Under the pieces are notes generated by a model, which saw only the letters and a list, made by a program, of their open reading frames with translations, searched no databases and was not told where the DNA came from. A program made the position numbers and the translations under genes. This document shows, in pieces, positions 1 to 11,311 of a stretch of DNA of 64,000 nucleotides. Positions within the stretch are counted from its first letter, which is position 1; each line of letters starts with the position of its first letter. Source of the DNA: Prochlorococcus sp. AG-402-O16 (GTDB lineage Bacteria > Cyanobacteriota > Cyanobacteriia > PCC-6307 > Cyanobiaceae); contig QCIY01000010.1 in the NCBI GenBank assembly GCA_003216415.1, positions 666 to 64,665 of the forward strand. The letters are read 5' to 3'.

Positions 1-15
1 CCTCCATTAGATTGA

Positions 16-1311
16 ATGAAGCGTGTTTTGGCCATCATCCTCGGAGGAGGAAAAGGTTCTAGACTTTACCCTTTAACAAAAATGAGGGCGAAACCTGCTG
101 TTCCTTTGGCAGGTAAGTATCGCTTAATAGATATCCCAATTAGTAATTGTATTAATTCAGGTGTTGAAAAAATGTACGTATTGACTCAGTTCAATAGTGC
201 ATCTTTAAATAGACATATAGGAAGAACCTACAATTTAAATGGTCCTTTTGGACAGGGATTTGTGGAGGTTTTAGCTGCTCAGCAGACTCCAGATAGTCCA
301 AAGTGGTTTGAAGGTACTGCTGATGCGGTAAGAAAATACCAATGGTTATTTCAAGAATGGGATGTTGATGAGTATTTAATATTGTCAGGTGATCAACTGT
401 ATAGAATGGACTACAGTTTATTTGTTCAGCATCATAGAGATAATGGAGCGGATTTAACTGTTGCAGCTTTACCTGTTGATGAAACTCAAGCAGAGGGTTT
501 TGGTCTTATGAGAACAGATGATTTAGGGAATATAAAAGAATTTAGTGAGAAGCCTACTGGAGAGAAGCTGAAGGCAATGGCAGTAGATACTTCAAAATTT
601 GGATTAACTAAGGAATCGGCTGTAGAAAAACCTTATCTTGCCTCAATGGGTATTTACGTTTTTAGTAGAAATACTCTTTTTGATCTTCTAAATAAATTTC
701 CTAATTATACAGATTTTGGTAAGGACATAATTCCTGAAGCTCTTGAAAGAGGTGATACTCTCAAGAGTTATGTTTTCGATGATTATTGGGAAGATATTGG
801 GACCATAGGTGCATTTTTTGAGTCAAACTTAGCATTAACAGAACAACCAAAACCTCCATTTAGTTTTTATGATGAAAAATTTCCAATTTATACAAGACCT
901 AGATTTCTCCCCCCTTCTAAACTTGTAGATGCTCAAATTACTGATTCAATAGTTTGTGAAGGTACAATCTTGAAGTCATGCAGTATTTTGCATTGTGTTT
1001 TAGGTGTAAGAAGCAGGATTGAAAGTGATTCGGTTCTTGAGGACACACTAGTTATGGGTGCCGATTTCTTTGAATCACCTGAAGAGAGGATTGAATTAAG
1101 AAAAGGAGGCGGAACACCTCTTGGCGTAGGTGAAGGAACTACTGTAAAAAGAGCAATTCTTGATAAGAATACAAGAATTGGTGATAATGTTGTGATCATT
1201 AATAAAGATCGAGTAGAAGAAGCAGATAAGCCAGAATTAGGCTTCTACATAAGAAATGGAATTGTTGTAGTAGTTAAAAATGCAACTATTGCAAACGGAA
1301 CTGTTATTTAA
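16..1311 (+). CDS. glgC: Glucose-1-phosphate adenylyltransferase
   Basis: [32 protein letters not shown] and YWEDIGT motifs; 431 aa. Confidence 0.97.
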   Translation: MKRVLAIILGGGKGSRLYPLTKMRAKPAVPLAGKYRLIDIPISNCINSGVEKMYVLTQFNSASLNRHIGRTYNLNGPFGQGFVEVLAAQQTPDSPKWFEGTADAVRKYQWLFQEWDVDEYLILSGDQLYRMDYSLFVQHHRDNGADLTVAALPVDETQAEGFGLMRTDDLGNIKEFSEKPTGEKLKAMAVDTSKFGLTKESAVEKPYLASMGIYVFSRNTLFDLLNKFPNYTDFGKDIIPEALERGDTLKSYVFDDYWEDIGTIGAFFESNLALTEQPKPPFSFYDEKFPIYTRPRFLPPSKLVDAQITDSIVCEGTILKSCSILHCVLGVRSRIESDSVLEDTLVMGADFFESPEERIELRKGGGTPLGVGEGTTVKRAILDKNTRIGDNVVIINKDRVEEADKPELGFYIRNGIVVVVKNATIANGTVI

Positions 1312-1406
1312 ATCTTTTCGATCATTTTTCGCTGACATAAGTACTTTTTTTGAGCAATTTTGTTTAGTTGCAGGCACACTATATTTATTGAGTTTTTTAA
1401 TTTTTT

Positions 1407-2825
1407 ATGTCCAAGGCACATTTCGGTTTAATAGGTCTTGGTGTTATGGGCGAAAATTTAGTTCTTAACGCAGAGAGAAATGGATTTTCTAGTGTAGTTT
1501 TTAATAGAACTTTTTCAAAAACTGAAGAATTTTTACAAGGTCGGGGCCTTGGAAAGAATATTGAGGGAGCTGAAACCCTTCAAGAATTTGTTAACAAGCT
1601 AGAGAGACCTAGAAGAATTCTAATGATGGTAAAAGCTGGACCCGCTACTGATGCTGTTATAGACAATATTTCTGGGTATCTCGAGGAAGGAGATTTATTA
1701 ATTGATGGTGGCAATTCTCAATTTAAAGATACAGAAAGAAGGGTAAATACTCTTGAAAGTAAAAGTTTTGGATACATAGGAATGGGAGTCTCAGGTGGAG
1801 CCAAAGGGGCTCTTGAAGGCCCAAGTATGATGCCTGGCGGTACAAAGGCTTCATATGATGCAATAGAAAGCTTATTAACTAAGATGGCTGCCAAAGTTGA
1901 AGACGGACCATGCGTCGCATATGTTGGGCCAGGAGGCTCAGGTCATTTTGTAAAAACTGTTCATAATGGAATTGAATATGGAATTGAACAAATACTTGCA
2001 GAAGCTTATGACCTTATGAAAAGAGTTAAAGGTATGAATGGAAAGCAGATGTCAGAGGTATTAGGTATTTGGAATAATACTGATCAATTAGCTTCTTATC
2101 TTGTTGAGATAACAGAGATTTGTCTAAATACAAAAGATGATATAACTGGAGATGATGTAGTGGAGAAAATATTAGATAAGGCTGGCCAGAAAGGTACTGG
2201 GTTATGGACTGTTGTAAGTGCTTTAGAACTTGGGGTATCAGTCCCAACGATTTATGCATCTTTAAATGCAAGAGTAATGAGTTCTTTAAAAGATCAACGT
2301 AGTGAGATTGAAAAAACTATTCCAACTAAAGAGATAGAGGATTTTGATTTAGGAAATATATCAGATGGAATGAAACCTTTATTTGATGCTGTAGTCCTTG
2401 CCACAATTGCTAGCTATGCCCAAGGAATGGATATTTTAAGAGAAGCATCTTCAGTATATAACTATGGTTTGAATATGCCGTCAATTGCCCAAATATGGAA
2501 AGGTGGTTGCATAATTAGATCAAAATTATTAAGCAAAATTCAAAGTGCTTATAACAAAGACCCTAATCTAAAAAATTTAATTTTTGATGATTGGTTCAAT
2601 AATGAAATCGCGACAAGATTAGATAACTTAGCCAAAGTAGTTTCTTTATCTACAAAAGCTGGTATACCAGTCCCATGTCTATCTAGTACCTTAGATTATT
2701 TGAATAGTTATAGAACAAATAGACTTCCTCAGAATCTTGTTCAGGCGATGAGAGATTGTTTTGGATCTCATACTTATGAAAGAATTGATAAGGAAGGTAG
2801 TTTTCATACTGAATGGATGAAATGA
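1407..2825 (+). CDS. gnd: 6-phosphogluconate dehydrogenase (decarboxylating)
   Basis: GLIGLGVMG Rossmann motif, GHFVKTVHNGIEYG, QAMRDCFGSHTYER. Confidence 0.97.
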   Translation: MSKAHFGLIGLGVMGENLVLNAERNGFSSVVFNRTFSKTEEFLQGRGLGKNIEGAETLQEFVNKLERPRRILMMVKAGPATDAVIDNISGYLEEGDLLIDGGNSQFKDTERRVNTLESKSFGYIGMGVSGGAKGALEGPSMMPGGTKASYDAIESLLTKMAAKVEDGPCVAYVGPGGSGHFVKTVHNGIEYGIEQILAEAYDLMKRVKGMNGKQMSEVLGIWNNTDQLASYLVEITEICLNTKDDITGDDVVEKILDKAGQKGTGLWTVVSALELGVSVPTIYASLNARVMSSLKDQRSEIEKTIPTKEIEDFDLGNISDGMKPLFDAVVLATIASYAQGMDILREASSVYNYGLNMPSIAQIWKGGCIIRSKLLSKIQSAYNKDPNLKNLIFDDWFNNEIATRLDNLAKVVSLSTKAGIPVPCLSSTLDYLNSYRTNRLPQNLVQAMRDCFGSHTYERIDKEGSFHTEWMK

Positions 2826-3550
2826 TTGAAAAGGTCAAAAATGGATATACCTTAAATATATACAAAGACAAGTTAGAACTTTCAACAGCGGTTTTTAAGT
2901 TTATTGAAAGTCGAATTATTAAAACTTTAAAAAAGAAAAACAGATTTAAATTTTGTGTAAGTGGAGGTTCAACGCCTAAATCTGTTTATCAGCTTCTATC
3001 AAATAGTGATCTTAGATGGGATATGGTTGATGTTTTTTTAGGGGACGAAAGATGTGTTGATCCAAATTCTGAATTAAGTAACTCGTTAATGTTGAAAAAT
3101 TCATTGTTAAATAATTATGGATCTAAAGCTTTTTTTTATGAAATTTTCAATGATTTAAAGGCTGACCAAGAAGCTACAAAAAATCAATTTATTTCTAAAT
3201 TATTTGAAAAATGCGGATCAAACCCTCCTTCCTTTGATTTAACTTTATTAGGTCTTGGAGACGATGGTCATACTGCTTCACTATTTCCTTATCAAAAAAA
3301 TAATAATGTAGATGATTTTGTGATTTTTAATGAAGGGAAAGGATTAAAAAGAATTTCATTAACTCCAAAGGTCCTTTCATCATCATCAAAGATAGTATTT
3401 TTGGTTAGTGGAGCCTCTAAAAGAATCGCTCTTGAGAGGTTATTAGATGAAAAAGAACCTCCCGATAGAACACCATCAAAATTAATAAAATCTATTAATC
3501 AAATTTCAATATTTTGTGATCAAGAATCAGCTAAACAAATAGAAATTTAG
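2822..3550 (+). CDS. pgl: 6-phosphogluconolactonase
   Basis: SGGSTP, FLGDERCV, LGLGDDGHTASLFP; ATG at 2822 forms an ATGA overlap with the gnd stop (track start 2813). Confidence 0.93.
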   Translation: MIEKVKNGYTLNIYKDKLELSTAVFKFIESRIIKTLKKKNRFKFCVSGGSTPKSVYQLLSNSDLRWDMVDVFLGDERCVDPNSELSNSLMLKNSLLNNYGSKAFFYEIFNDLKADQEATKNQFISKLFEKCGSNPPSFDLTLLGLGDDGHTASLFPYQKNNNVDDFVIFNEGKGLKRISLTPKVLSSSSKIVFLVSGASKRIALERLLDEKEPPDRTPSKLIKSINQISIFCDQESAKQIEI

Positions 3551-3580
3551 TTAAAGTCTAATAATAAATGAAATTGCTTA

Positions 3581-4129
3581 ATGAGTAAGAAAAAATTTTT
3601 ATTCCAGAAAAAAGAGTTTGATGGTTGGAAAACATTAAATGACACTGTTATGGGCGGATCAAGTTCAGCTTTTTGTGAAATTTCAAATTCTGGTTTGTTA
3701 TTAAAGGGTAATATTGTCGAGAAAGCAGGAGGATTTGTTAGTTGTAGATCCTCTATATATAAACCCTCTTTAAATGTATCCGAATATTCATCTTTTGAAT
3801 TAAATATTGATGGACAAGGAAGAACTTTTAAATTTGCGGTCGCTTGTGAAGATGATCTACTAGGACTAACCGAATTTATTCCAGGTGGTCTCAGATGGAT
3901 TAAATCATTCCCAACAAAAAAATTTGGAACAACAAAAGTTCAAATTCCTTTTAGTGAGCTAAAGCCTTCAGTAAGAGCTAATAAGGTACGTTTTCCATTT
4001 AAATTTAAGCCATCTAAAATTAAAAGATTGCAACTACTACACTCTAAGTTTGGTGATGATGGATTACTTAATAATGAGTTTAAACAAGGTTCCATAAAAG
4101 TTTTAATTAAATCAATAAGTGTTATTTGA
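3581..4129 (+). CDS. CIA30 family protein
   Basis: W..LNDTVMGGSS and G....GGFVSCR motifs. Confidence 0.8.
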   Translation: MSKKKFLFQKKEFDGWKTLNDTVMGGSSSAFCEISNSGLLLKGNIVEKAGGFVSCRSSIYKPSLNVSEYSSFELNIDGQGRTFKFAVACEDDLLGLTEFIPGGLRWIKSFPTKKFGTTKVQIPFSELKPSVRANKVRFPFKFKPSKIKRLQLLHSKFGDDGLLNNEFKQGSIKVLIKSISVI

Positions 4130-4505
4130 AAATCCACCTAAAAATATAGAGAACTTAATCGCTAAATCAGCAGATTTAACAAATAAACCTTTTGTTCATT
4201 CTGTTGTAAAAATAAATGGTGAATACGAAATCGAAGAAGAAGATATTGATTTGACGGTTAATATCTTATGTCGAGATAAAGAAGGTACAAGATTAGAAAT
4301 TTACGATCTTGAATTAGAACTTTTTAAATCAAATAAAGAGTTGGTTTTAGTTATCTCTAAGCTTAATTTTCCTGATGAACCAATACTATGGTGTGGAGTT
4401 AAAACATTATGGATGGACAGCAATAATGGTAAAAAATGCAACTCACCAAAATATAGCGCTAGATTAGAAAATTTAGCAAATAGGATAAAAAGTTTTATTA
4501 ATTAA
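4119..4505 (+). CDS. Hypothetical protein
   Basis: 128-aa ORF filling the gap, overlapping the CIA30 stop; no family recognised. Confidence 0.6.
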   Translation: MLFENPPKNIENLIAKSADLTNKPFVHSVVKINGEYEIEEEDIDLTVNILCRDKEGTRLEIYDLELELFKSNKELVLVISKLNFPDEPILWCGVKTLWMDSNNGKKCNSPKYSARLENLANRIKSFIN

Positions 4506-4525
4506 GAAAATAACTTTGAGCTGAT

Positions 4526-6199
4526 TTATAAATCAGTAACAGCTCCTAAACTTGATGTGCTTACTATTCTTGAATATTTTGAAAGTATACCTCTTTTGTA
4601 TTTTTGTGTAGGTTTTACCCAATCTTTCTTTCTTTTTTCTAATTCTTCGTCAGATAAATCAACCTCTATTAGTTGTTTTACAGCATCTATGGTGATTAAA
4701 TCACCTTGTTTTATAAGTGCTATGTTTCCGCCAACAGCAGCCTCTGGAGCGATATGACCAACAACTAGACCGTAGGTACCACCGCTAAATCTGCCATCGG
4801 TAATTAAAGCTACCTTCTCTCCGAGCCCTTGACCAACAATCGCAGATGTTGGGGCTAACATTTCTCTCATTCCTGGCCCTCCTACGGGCCCTTCGTTTCT
4901 AATAACAACGACATCGCCTGCTTTGATATCGTTATTTAGTATCGATTTTAAACAATCCTCTTCACTTTCAAAAATCTTTGCTGGACCAGTTAATACAGGG
5001 TTTTTTACTCCACTAATTTTTGCTACAGAACCTTCGCTTGCTAAGTTACCTTTTAAGATTGCTAGATGTCCTTTTTTATAAAGAGGGTCATCTATTTCCC
5101 TTATTACATTTTGATTTGTTGGAGGCTTATCTGGAATATTTTGTAAGTATTCTGAGATGGTTTTACCTTCAATGTTTTTACATTCACCATGAATTAATCC
5201 TGCATTCAAAAGTATTTTCATTACTTGTGGAATCCCGCCTGCATTATGAAGGTCTACCGTCACAAATTTTCCACTAGGTTTAAGGTCACAAATAACAGGT
5301 ACTTTTTGTCTTATTCTCTCAAAATCATTAATGTTGATATCTATTCCTGCTGTATTTGCAATGGCTAAGATGTGCAACACCGCATTTGTTGATCCTCCAA
5401 TGGCCATAATTACTGATATTGCATTTTCAAATGCTTTCTTAGTCATTAGGTCTAGAGGTCTTATATCTTTTTCTATTGCAGAGACTAATATCTCAGCACT
5501 TTTATCTGCACTTATTTCTTTTTCAAGATCTTCAGCAGCCATAGTTGAACTGTGAGGAAGACTTAAACCTAATACTTCAATAACCGCAGACATTGTATTA
5601 GCTGTAAACATTCCTCCACAGCTACCAGCACCAGGAATACAATTTTTCTCAACTTGGATTAACCTTTCTTCATTAATTTTGCCTGATGTTAATTGTCCAA
5701 CAGCTTCAAATGCGCTAACAACAGTAAGATCTTCTCCATGTAATTTCCCTGGTTTAATTGTCCCTCCATAAATGAAAATTGAGGGAATATTCATTCTTGC
5801 AATTGCTATCATGGCACCTGGCATATTTTTGTCACATCCACCTATAGCAAGCACTCCATCCATACTCTGAGCATTGCATGCTGTTTCAATTGAATCAGCA
5901 ATAACTTCTCTTGAAACTAAGGAATATTTCATACCTTCTGTTCCCATAGAAATTCCATCACTTACTGTGATCGTTCCGAACATTTGAGGCATCCCACCGG
6001 ATCTCTTTATTGACTCTTCAGCTCTGAGAGCTAACTTATTTAAACCTATATTGCATGGTGTTATGGTGCTGTATCCATTGGCCACTCCGATAATAGGTTT
6101 ATTAAAATCTTCATCATTAAATCCAACAGCTCTTAACATAGATCTGTTTGGGGATCTTTGCACACCTTGTGTTATTGCAGATGATCTGAGTTTATTCAT
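4526..6199 (-). CDS. ilvD: Dihydroxy-acid dehydratase
   Basis: [32 protein letters not shown]. Confidence 0.97.
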   Translation of the reverse strand: MNKLRSSAITQGVQRSPNRSMLRAVGFNDEDFNKPIIGVANGYSTITPCNIGLNKLALRAEESIKRSGGMPQMFGTITVSDGISMGTEGMKYSLVSREVIADSIETACNAQSMDGVLAIGGCDKNMPGAMIAIARMNIPSIFIYGGTIKPGKLHGEDLTVVSAFEAVGQLTSGKINEERLIQVEKNCIPGAGSCGGMFTANTMSAVIEVLGLSLPHSSTMAAEDLEKEISADKSAEILVSAIEKDIRPLDLMTKKAFENAISVIMAIGGSTNAVLHILAIANTAGIDININDFERIRQKVPVICDLKPSGKFVTVDLHNAGGIPQVMKILLNAGLIHGECKNIEGKTISEYLQNIPDKPPTNQNVIREIDDPLYKKGHLAILKGNLASEGSVAKISGVKNPVLTGPAKIFESEEDCLKSILNNDIKAGDVVVIRNEGPVGGPGMREMLAPTSAIVGQGLGEKVALITDGRFSGGTYGLVVGHIAPEAAVGGNIALIKQGDLITIDAVKQLIEVDLSDEELEKRKKDWVKPTQKYKRGILSKYSRIVSTSSLGAVTDL

Positions 6200-6222
6200 A
6201 TTATTTGAGAACCTTTTTTATT

Positions 6223-6513
6223 CTATTGCCCTAATTCTTCAAGTTGCTTCCTTACATCAGCAATTGCAGAATTAAGTTGCTCAACTTTCTTCTCCAAATT
6301 CTCTCCTTCAACTTCATTTATATTTTCATTTGAATCAATCGCTTCAGAGCCGTCTTGAATTCTGGAGGAATACATCATCGCTTTTTGTTTTTTTTCCTCC
6401 TTTCTTTTGTCTGCTTCGGATATTAACCACCAAGCTAGACCTGCTGCTCCAATAAAAGCACCGCTTATTAATGATAAAAGATTATTTGAAGACGAATCTC
6501 TGTATTCAGACAT
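6223..6513 (-). CDS. Small membrane-anchored coiled-coil hypothetical protein
   Basis: GAFIGAAGLAWW TM segment followed by a charged coiled-coil tail. Confidence 0.7.
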   Translation of the reverse strand: MSEYRDSSSNNLLSLISGAFIGAAGLAWWLISEADKRKEEKKQKAMMYSSRIQDGSEAIDSNENINEVEGENLEKKVEQLNSAIADVRKQLEELGQ

Positions 6514-6542
6514 TGTTAAAATATTTACTCCTACATTCTATA

Positions 6543-7160
6543 TTAGTTCTTATCTTGAAATATAGTACTCAAACGCAATAAAGGATTTCCAATACCCGGT
6601 AACAATAATTTTGTGTTTTCGTCTTCCTCATCTATGCAAGAGGTGTAGATTACCTGATTAGGGAATAATTTCCCTATATCATTCAACCCTCTATTTGAGC
6701 AAATAGCAGTTATTAACAAAATCCTATTGGAATCAACTCCTAATTCCTTTAATTTAATCAAAGTTTCTAATGTTGATGATTTTGTCGTTATTTGCTCCGA
6801 ATAAAATATAACTCCTTCATTTGATTCAATAGTTTTAGGAAGTTGTCCTAATGAGAGTGTTGAATTAGGAATTACTTCTTTAGATCCAAACCAAAGAGAT
6901 AAGCCTTCAGGCAACATTGCGAGAACTTTTATTGGATAATCATTATTAATAAAAAATCCATCTGTAACCCCATTATCAGTATTTACTATTTCTTTTTTAT
7001 ATGGAAGCCAGTTCCGTAATGCTTCATATGTAAGCCATTTGCCTAATTGTTCATATCCTGTTGAATACAAAATATTTGGAGTATTTTTTTCTCGCAATAT
7101 TGAAAGCCAATGTTTTATTAATGGATGAGGAGGAACAATAACCTTTAGTGACATTGCCAT
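6543..7160 (-). CDS. upp: Uracil phosphoribosyltransferase-like protein (degenerate PRPP motif)
   Basis: HPLIKHWLSILR N-terminus and ID...LLPGIG C-terminus; DPMLATG motif absent. Confidence 0.7.
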   Translation of the reverse strand: MAMSLKVIVPPHPLIKHWLSILREKNTPNILYSTGYEQLGKWLTYEALRNWLPYKKEIVNTDNGVTDGFFINNDYPIKVLAMLPEGLSLWFGSKEVIPNSTLSLGQLPKTIESNEGVIFYSEQITTKSSTLETLIKLKELGVDSNRILLITAICSNRGLNDIGKLFPNQVIYTSCIDEEDENTKLLLPGIGNPLLRLSTIFQDKN

Positions 7161-7223
7161 ATATTTTCCTATAAAATACTCTTACAAACTTTAAATACCT
7201 AAGTTCTAAAATACAGTCTTATT

Positions 7224-7736
7224 ATGATTAAATCAATTGTTTTCCCTTCACTAAAAAACGCATTTATCACATTATTGCTTGTTGGAATTCTATTTTTAAA
7301 TTCAGTTAATTCCGCATGGGCTAAACGACCTCCTGAAATTAGAAACCAACAAGACCTTAATTTAGAGCCAGATATGCATGGTCAAGATTTAAGCGGTAAC
7401 GAATACGTTAAGTTTGATATGAATGGATTTAATTTCAGTGAAAGTAATTTAGAAGGCGCGGTATTCAATAATAGTAAATTGCAAAACTCAAAGTTTACTG
7501 GAGCCAATTTAAGGGATGCACTAGCTTATGCAACAGACTTTACAGATGCAGATCTTTCGGATGTTAATTTTACAAATGCTTTATTAATGGAGAGTAATTT
7601 TGAAGGCGCAAAAATAGATGGGGCAGATTTTACTGATGCTGTTCTTAGTCGAACACAACAAAAACAATTATGCGCGATTGCTAATGGCACAAATAGTACT
7701 ACAGGAGAGAGTACAGAATATAGCCTAGGTTGTTAA
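7224..7736 (+). CDS. Pentapeptide repeat protein, secreted/lumenal
   Basis: Signal peptide, repeated A(D/N)LxxA pentapeptides, terminal C...C pair. Confidence 0.9.
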   Translation: MIKSIVFPSLKNAFITLLLVGILFLNSVNSAWAKRPPEIRNQQDLNLEPDMHGQDLSGNEYVKFDMNGFNFSESNLEGAVFNNSKLQNSKFTGANLRDALAYATDFTDADLSDVNFTNALLMESNFEGAKIDGADFTDAVLSRTQQKQLCAIANGTNSTTGESTEYSLGC

Positions 7737-7742
7737 TTATTA

Positions 7743-8810
7743 ATGATGAAAAAAAAAATACCAGTAATAGTTGTTTCCGGTTTTCTTGGTTCCGGTAAAA
7801 CAACTTTTCTTAGATATTTGTTAAAGGAGAGTAATAAAAAATTCGGTTTAATAATCAATGAATTTGGTGATGTTGGAATTGACGGTGATTTGATTAAAAG
7901 TTGCGATAGATGTGATGAAACCGAAGAAGAATGCGTAATCGAATTAAATAATGGATGTTTATGTTGTACTGTTCAAGATGATTTTGTTCCATCAATTAAA
8001 GCTCTTCTCGAATTTAATCCTCCTATTGAATCAATAATTATCGAAACAAGTGGCTTGGCACTACCAATTCCCTTAATTCAAGCACTTAACTGGCCTGAAA
8101 TTAGGTCTTCTATCTACCTTGATAATGTAGTTGGTATCGTTAATGGAGAGTCAATGCTTAATGGTTCACCAATTAATGATCTAAATAAAATAACAAAACA
8201 ATATAATGATACATATAGAATTGATCACAACGCTTCTATTGAAGAACTTTTTGAGGAACAACTTGAAGTCTCTGATATCGTTTTAGTCTCTAGATCAGAC
8301 ATCTTAAATGATGATCAATTTGACTTTGTAAAAAACAAAATCAAGGCAAGTCTAAACTCATCTGTGCCAGTCCTCAAATCCAAAAATGGCAAAATTGATT
8401 TAAATTACCTTTTTGATTTTAAATTAAAAAAAGAGACTTATAAAGAATTTTTAACTGAAGAACATGATCATAATCATGTTGAGCTTGTATCAGATTCAAT
8501 TAAATTAAATTATTTCCTTGAAAAAAATGACTTTGAAAAAGAGATGTCAAAAATTCTGGATGAATTAAACATTCTTCGAATAAAAGGACGAATATGGATA
8601 CCAAATAAATTATTGCCTTTACAAATACAAATAGTTGGAAAAAAAATTAATACTTGGTTTGAAGAGGCTCCAGTTCATTGTTGGAGACCAAAAGATAATG
8701 CTGGTCTTGAATTAGTTATTATTTCCTTCGATGAGAAATCGATAAAAATTTTGAATAATAAAATTAAAGAGAAATTTAAGATTTTAAGTGACCCAAAAAT
8801 AAGGATTTGA
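7743..8810 (+). CDS. cobW: CobW/COG0523 family GTPase metallochaperone
   Basis: GFLGSGKTT, INEFGDVGIDG, GCLCC, ETSG, His-rich EEHDHNH. Confidence 0.88.
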   Translation: MMKKKIPVIVVSGFLGSGKTTFLRYLLKESNKKFGLIINEFGDVGIDGDLIKSCDRCDETEEECVIELNNGCLCCTVQDDFVPSIKALLEFNPPIESIIIETSGLALPIPLIQALNWPEIRSSIYLDNVVGIVNGESMLNGSPINDLNKITKQYNDTYRIDHNASIEELFEEQLEVSDIVLVSRSDILNDDQFDFVKNKIKASLNSSVPVLKSKNGKIDLNYLFDFKLKKETYKEFLTEEHDHNHVELVSDSIKLNYFLEKNDFEKEMSKILDELNILRIKGRIWIPNKLLPLQIQIVGKKINTWFEEAPVHCWRPKDNAGLELVIISFDEKSIKILNNKIKEKFKILSDPKIRI

Positions 8811-8856
8811 TTTTATAGTTACATGTCGAGATATTTAGAAGAGTTAAAGGTCCTAA

Positions 8857-9021
8857 ATGGAAAGTTCAAAAATTGCTTTAAAAGAAATTATCTCTGATGA
8901 TGCAATTTCTATTGATAAAATTAAATGCTCTAAATGTGGAGGGTCAGGAAATTTTAAAACACCTGAAAATTCAAGAAGAACTTGCTTAGTTTGTTTTGGT
9001 AAAGGCTATATAAACATTTAA
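8857..9021 (+). CDS. 54-aa DnaJ-type zinc-finger microprotein (not in ORF track)
   Basis: Hand translation MESSKIALKEIISDDAISIDKIKCSKCGGSGNFKTPENSRRTCLVCFGKGYINI; two CxxCxGxG repeats. Confidence 0.75.
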   Translation: MESSKIALKEIISDDAISIDKIKCSKCGGSGNFKTPENSRRTCLVCFGKGYINI

Positions 9022-9118
9022 TAACTCAGAAAGCCTTAAGGTAAAAATATTTGTTTATTAATCAAGAGTACTTTTTATTAAATTTTAAACTAATCTTCTA
9101 ATAGAAATTAATTTTTAA

Positions 9119-9373
9119 TTGGACCAATTTGCTGTAAAAGTTTTTGTAAGACTAAGACCCTCAGTTTTAGATCCAGCAGGAGAAGCTACCAAATCTGCTT
9201 CTATAAAACTTGGAGCCGAGGGAATAAAATCACTGCGTATAGGAAAAATGATTGAAGTAAAAATAGAAGGCAATGGGGAAAACGAAGTAAGAGAAAAAAT
9301 TGATTTATTATGTGATAGATTATTCGCAAATACTGTCATTGAAGATTATGAGTATTCACTAGAAAAATTATAA
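9119..9373 (+). CDS. purS: Phosphoribosylformylglycinamidine synthase subunit PurS
   Basis: [21 protein letters not shown]; directly upstream of purQ. Confidence 0.93.
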   Translation: MDQFAVKVFVRLRPSVLDPAGEATKSASIKLGAEGIKSLRIGKMIEVKIEGNGENEVREKIDLLCDRLFANTVIEDYEYSLEKL

Positions 9374-9374
9374 G

Positions 9375-10040
9375 ATGGATAATTTTACTGTAGGAATTGT
9401 TGTCTTCCCTGGTTCTAATTGTGATCGTGATGTTTCATGGGCATTGGAGGGTTGTTTAGACATAAGAACAAAATACTTGTGGCATGAATCTTCAGATTTA
9501 AGCGATGTAGATGCAATAGTTTTACCTGGAGGATTTAGCTATGGTGATTATTTAAGATGCGGAGCAATTGCGAGATTCTCTCCATTAATAAATGCCTTGG
9601 ATGAGTTTGTTAAAAGTGGAAAAAAAGTTTTAGGAATTTGTAATGGGTTTCAAATTTTGACAGAATCAGGCTTTTTGCCTGGCGCTCTTGTTGCAAATAA
9701 AAACCTTAATTTCATCTGTGATGATGTTGAACTTGATATTGTTTCTTCAAAAGGAGGTTGGTTTAATAATGTAGATGAAAAACAAACTATTAAGTTGCCA
9801 ATAGCTCATGGGGAAGGAAGATATCATTGTGATTCTGATACTTTAAAAAAACTTATAGATAATGAATTGATCGCTTTGAGATATAAAAATAATCCTAATG
9901 GATCCTCATTCGATATTGCAGGCATAACTAATGAAAAGGGAAATGTTTTAGGTTTAATGCCTCATCCAGAGCGAGCATGTGACGAGACAATTGGTGGAAC
10001 TGATGGTCTCTTTACATTAAAATCATTAATATTGAAATAA
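9375..10040 (+). CDS. purQ: Phosphoribosylformylglycinamidine synthase subunit PurQ
   Basis: [31 protein letters not shown]. Confidence 0.96.
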   Translation: MDNFTVGIVVFPGSNCDRDVSWALEGCLDIRTKYLWHESSDLSDVDAIVLPGGFSYGDYLRCGAIARFSPLINALDEFVKSGKKVLGICNGFQILTESGFLPGALVANKNLNFICDDVELDIVSSKGGWFNNVDEKQTIKLPIAHGEGRYHCDSDTLKKLIDNELIALRYKNNPNGSSFDIAGITNEKGNVLGLMPHPERACDETIGGTDGLFTLKSLILK

Positions 10041-10072
10041 AAAAAACCCCCAATTTTGGAGGTCTTTTTTTT
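10039..10072. terminator. Bidirectional intrinsic terminator
   Basis: A-run, ACCCCCAA/TTGGAGGT imperfect stem, T-run; lies between convergent purQ and fbaA. Confidence 0.65.
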
Positions 10073-10090
10073 GTTTGATTCAGTTATTAA

Positions 10091-11164
10091 TTAAACAGTA
10101 GCTTTTACTTTTGGATCTAAATCACCTTTAGCGTAAAGATCAGCAAAGTAATTGGTGCTGTTTTGCTTGATCTTACTTGCTTGACCTTCGCACCAGAACT
10201 GCTTGTATCTGTCAAGACAAACTTGCTTCATGTATTTTCTAGCAGGTTTGTTGAAATGTCTTGGGTCAAAGTTTGCCTTGTCAGCAAATGCTGCCTCTCT
10301 TACCGCGGCAGTGAAAGCAAGTCTGTTATCAGTATCAATGTTGACTTTCCTAACTCCATTTCTTATTCCCTCTTGAATCTCTTCAACAGGAACACCATAT
10401 GTTTGAGGAATTTCACCACCATATTTGTTAATGATATCCAACCATTCCTGAGGTACTGAACTAGATCCATGCATTACAAGATGTGTATTTGGAAGTGCTT
10501 TATGGATTTCAGCAATTCTGCTTATTGCAAGAACTTCTCCTGTAGGCTTCCTTGTGAATTTATATGCACCATGACTTGTACCTATAGCAATAGCTAATGC
10601 ATCAACTTTTGTTTTAGCAACAAAATCTGCCGCTTCTTCAGGATCAGTCAAAAGCATATCTGTAGAAAGTTCACCTTCAAATCCATGACCATCTTCTGCC
10701 TCACCTTTTCCTGTTTCTAATGAACCTAAGCAACCTAATTCTCCTTCAACACTAACTCCAACTGAATGAGCAAAATCTACTACTTTTTTAGTAACTGCAA
10801 TATTATATTCGTAACTAGCGGGTGTTTTTGCATCTGCCTCTAGAGAACCATCCATCATTACTGATGTAAAGCCATTTATTGCTGCTGAATAGCATGTTGA
10901 TGGCTCATTACCATGGTCTTGGTGCATTACTACTGGAATATTAGGATATGTTTCTGTAGCGGCAAGTATTAGATGACGTAGGAAAATTTCTCCTGCATAA
11001 TTTCTTGCCCCTCTTGAAGCTTGGAGGATTACAGGACTATCTGTTTCATATGCTGCTTCCATGATTGCTTGAACTTGCTCAAGGTTATTAACATTGAAAG
11101 CTGGAATACCGTAACCATTTTCAGCAGCGTGATCTAAAAGTAGTCTTAGTGGAACGAGGGCCAT
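10091..11164 (-). CDS. fbaA: Fructose-bisphosphate aldolase class II
   Basis: [31 protein letters not shown]. Confidence 0.96.
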   Translation of the reverse strand: MALVPLRLLLDHAAENGYGIPAFNVNNLEQVQAIMEAAYETDSPVILQASRGARNYAGEIFLRHLILAATETYPNIPVVMHQDHGNEPSTCYSAAINGFTSVMMDGSLEADAKTPASYEYNIAVTKKVVDFAHSVGVSVEGELGCLGSLETGKGEAEDGHGFEGELSTDMLLTDPEEAADFVAKTKVDALAIAIGTSHGAYKFTRKPTGEVLAISRIAEIHKALPNTHLVMHGSSSVPQEWLDIINKYGGEIPQTYGVPVEEIQEGIRNGVRKVNIDTDNRLAFTAAVREAAFADKANFDPRHFNKPARKYMKQVCLDRYKQFWCEGQASKIKQNSTNYFADLYAKGDLDPKVKATV

Positions 11165-11311
11165 AATTAAAATAAGTTAAATGCTATATAAAGCATATGT
11201 TTCCGAGATTTTAGTATAAAGAGGTATCAAATGTCACGTCATTAGATATACAAAATACTAAATTAAAGAAACTAATTTTATGACCCAGAGTGATTTTTTA
11301 GAATTCTTTAG

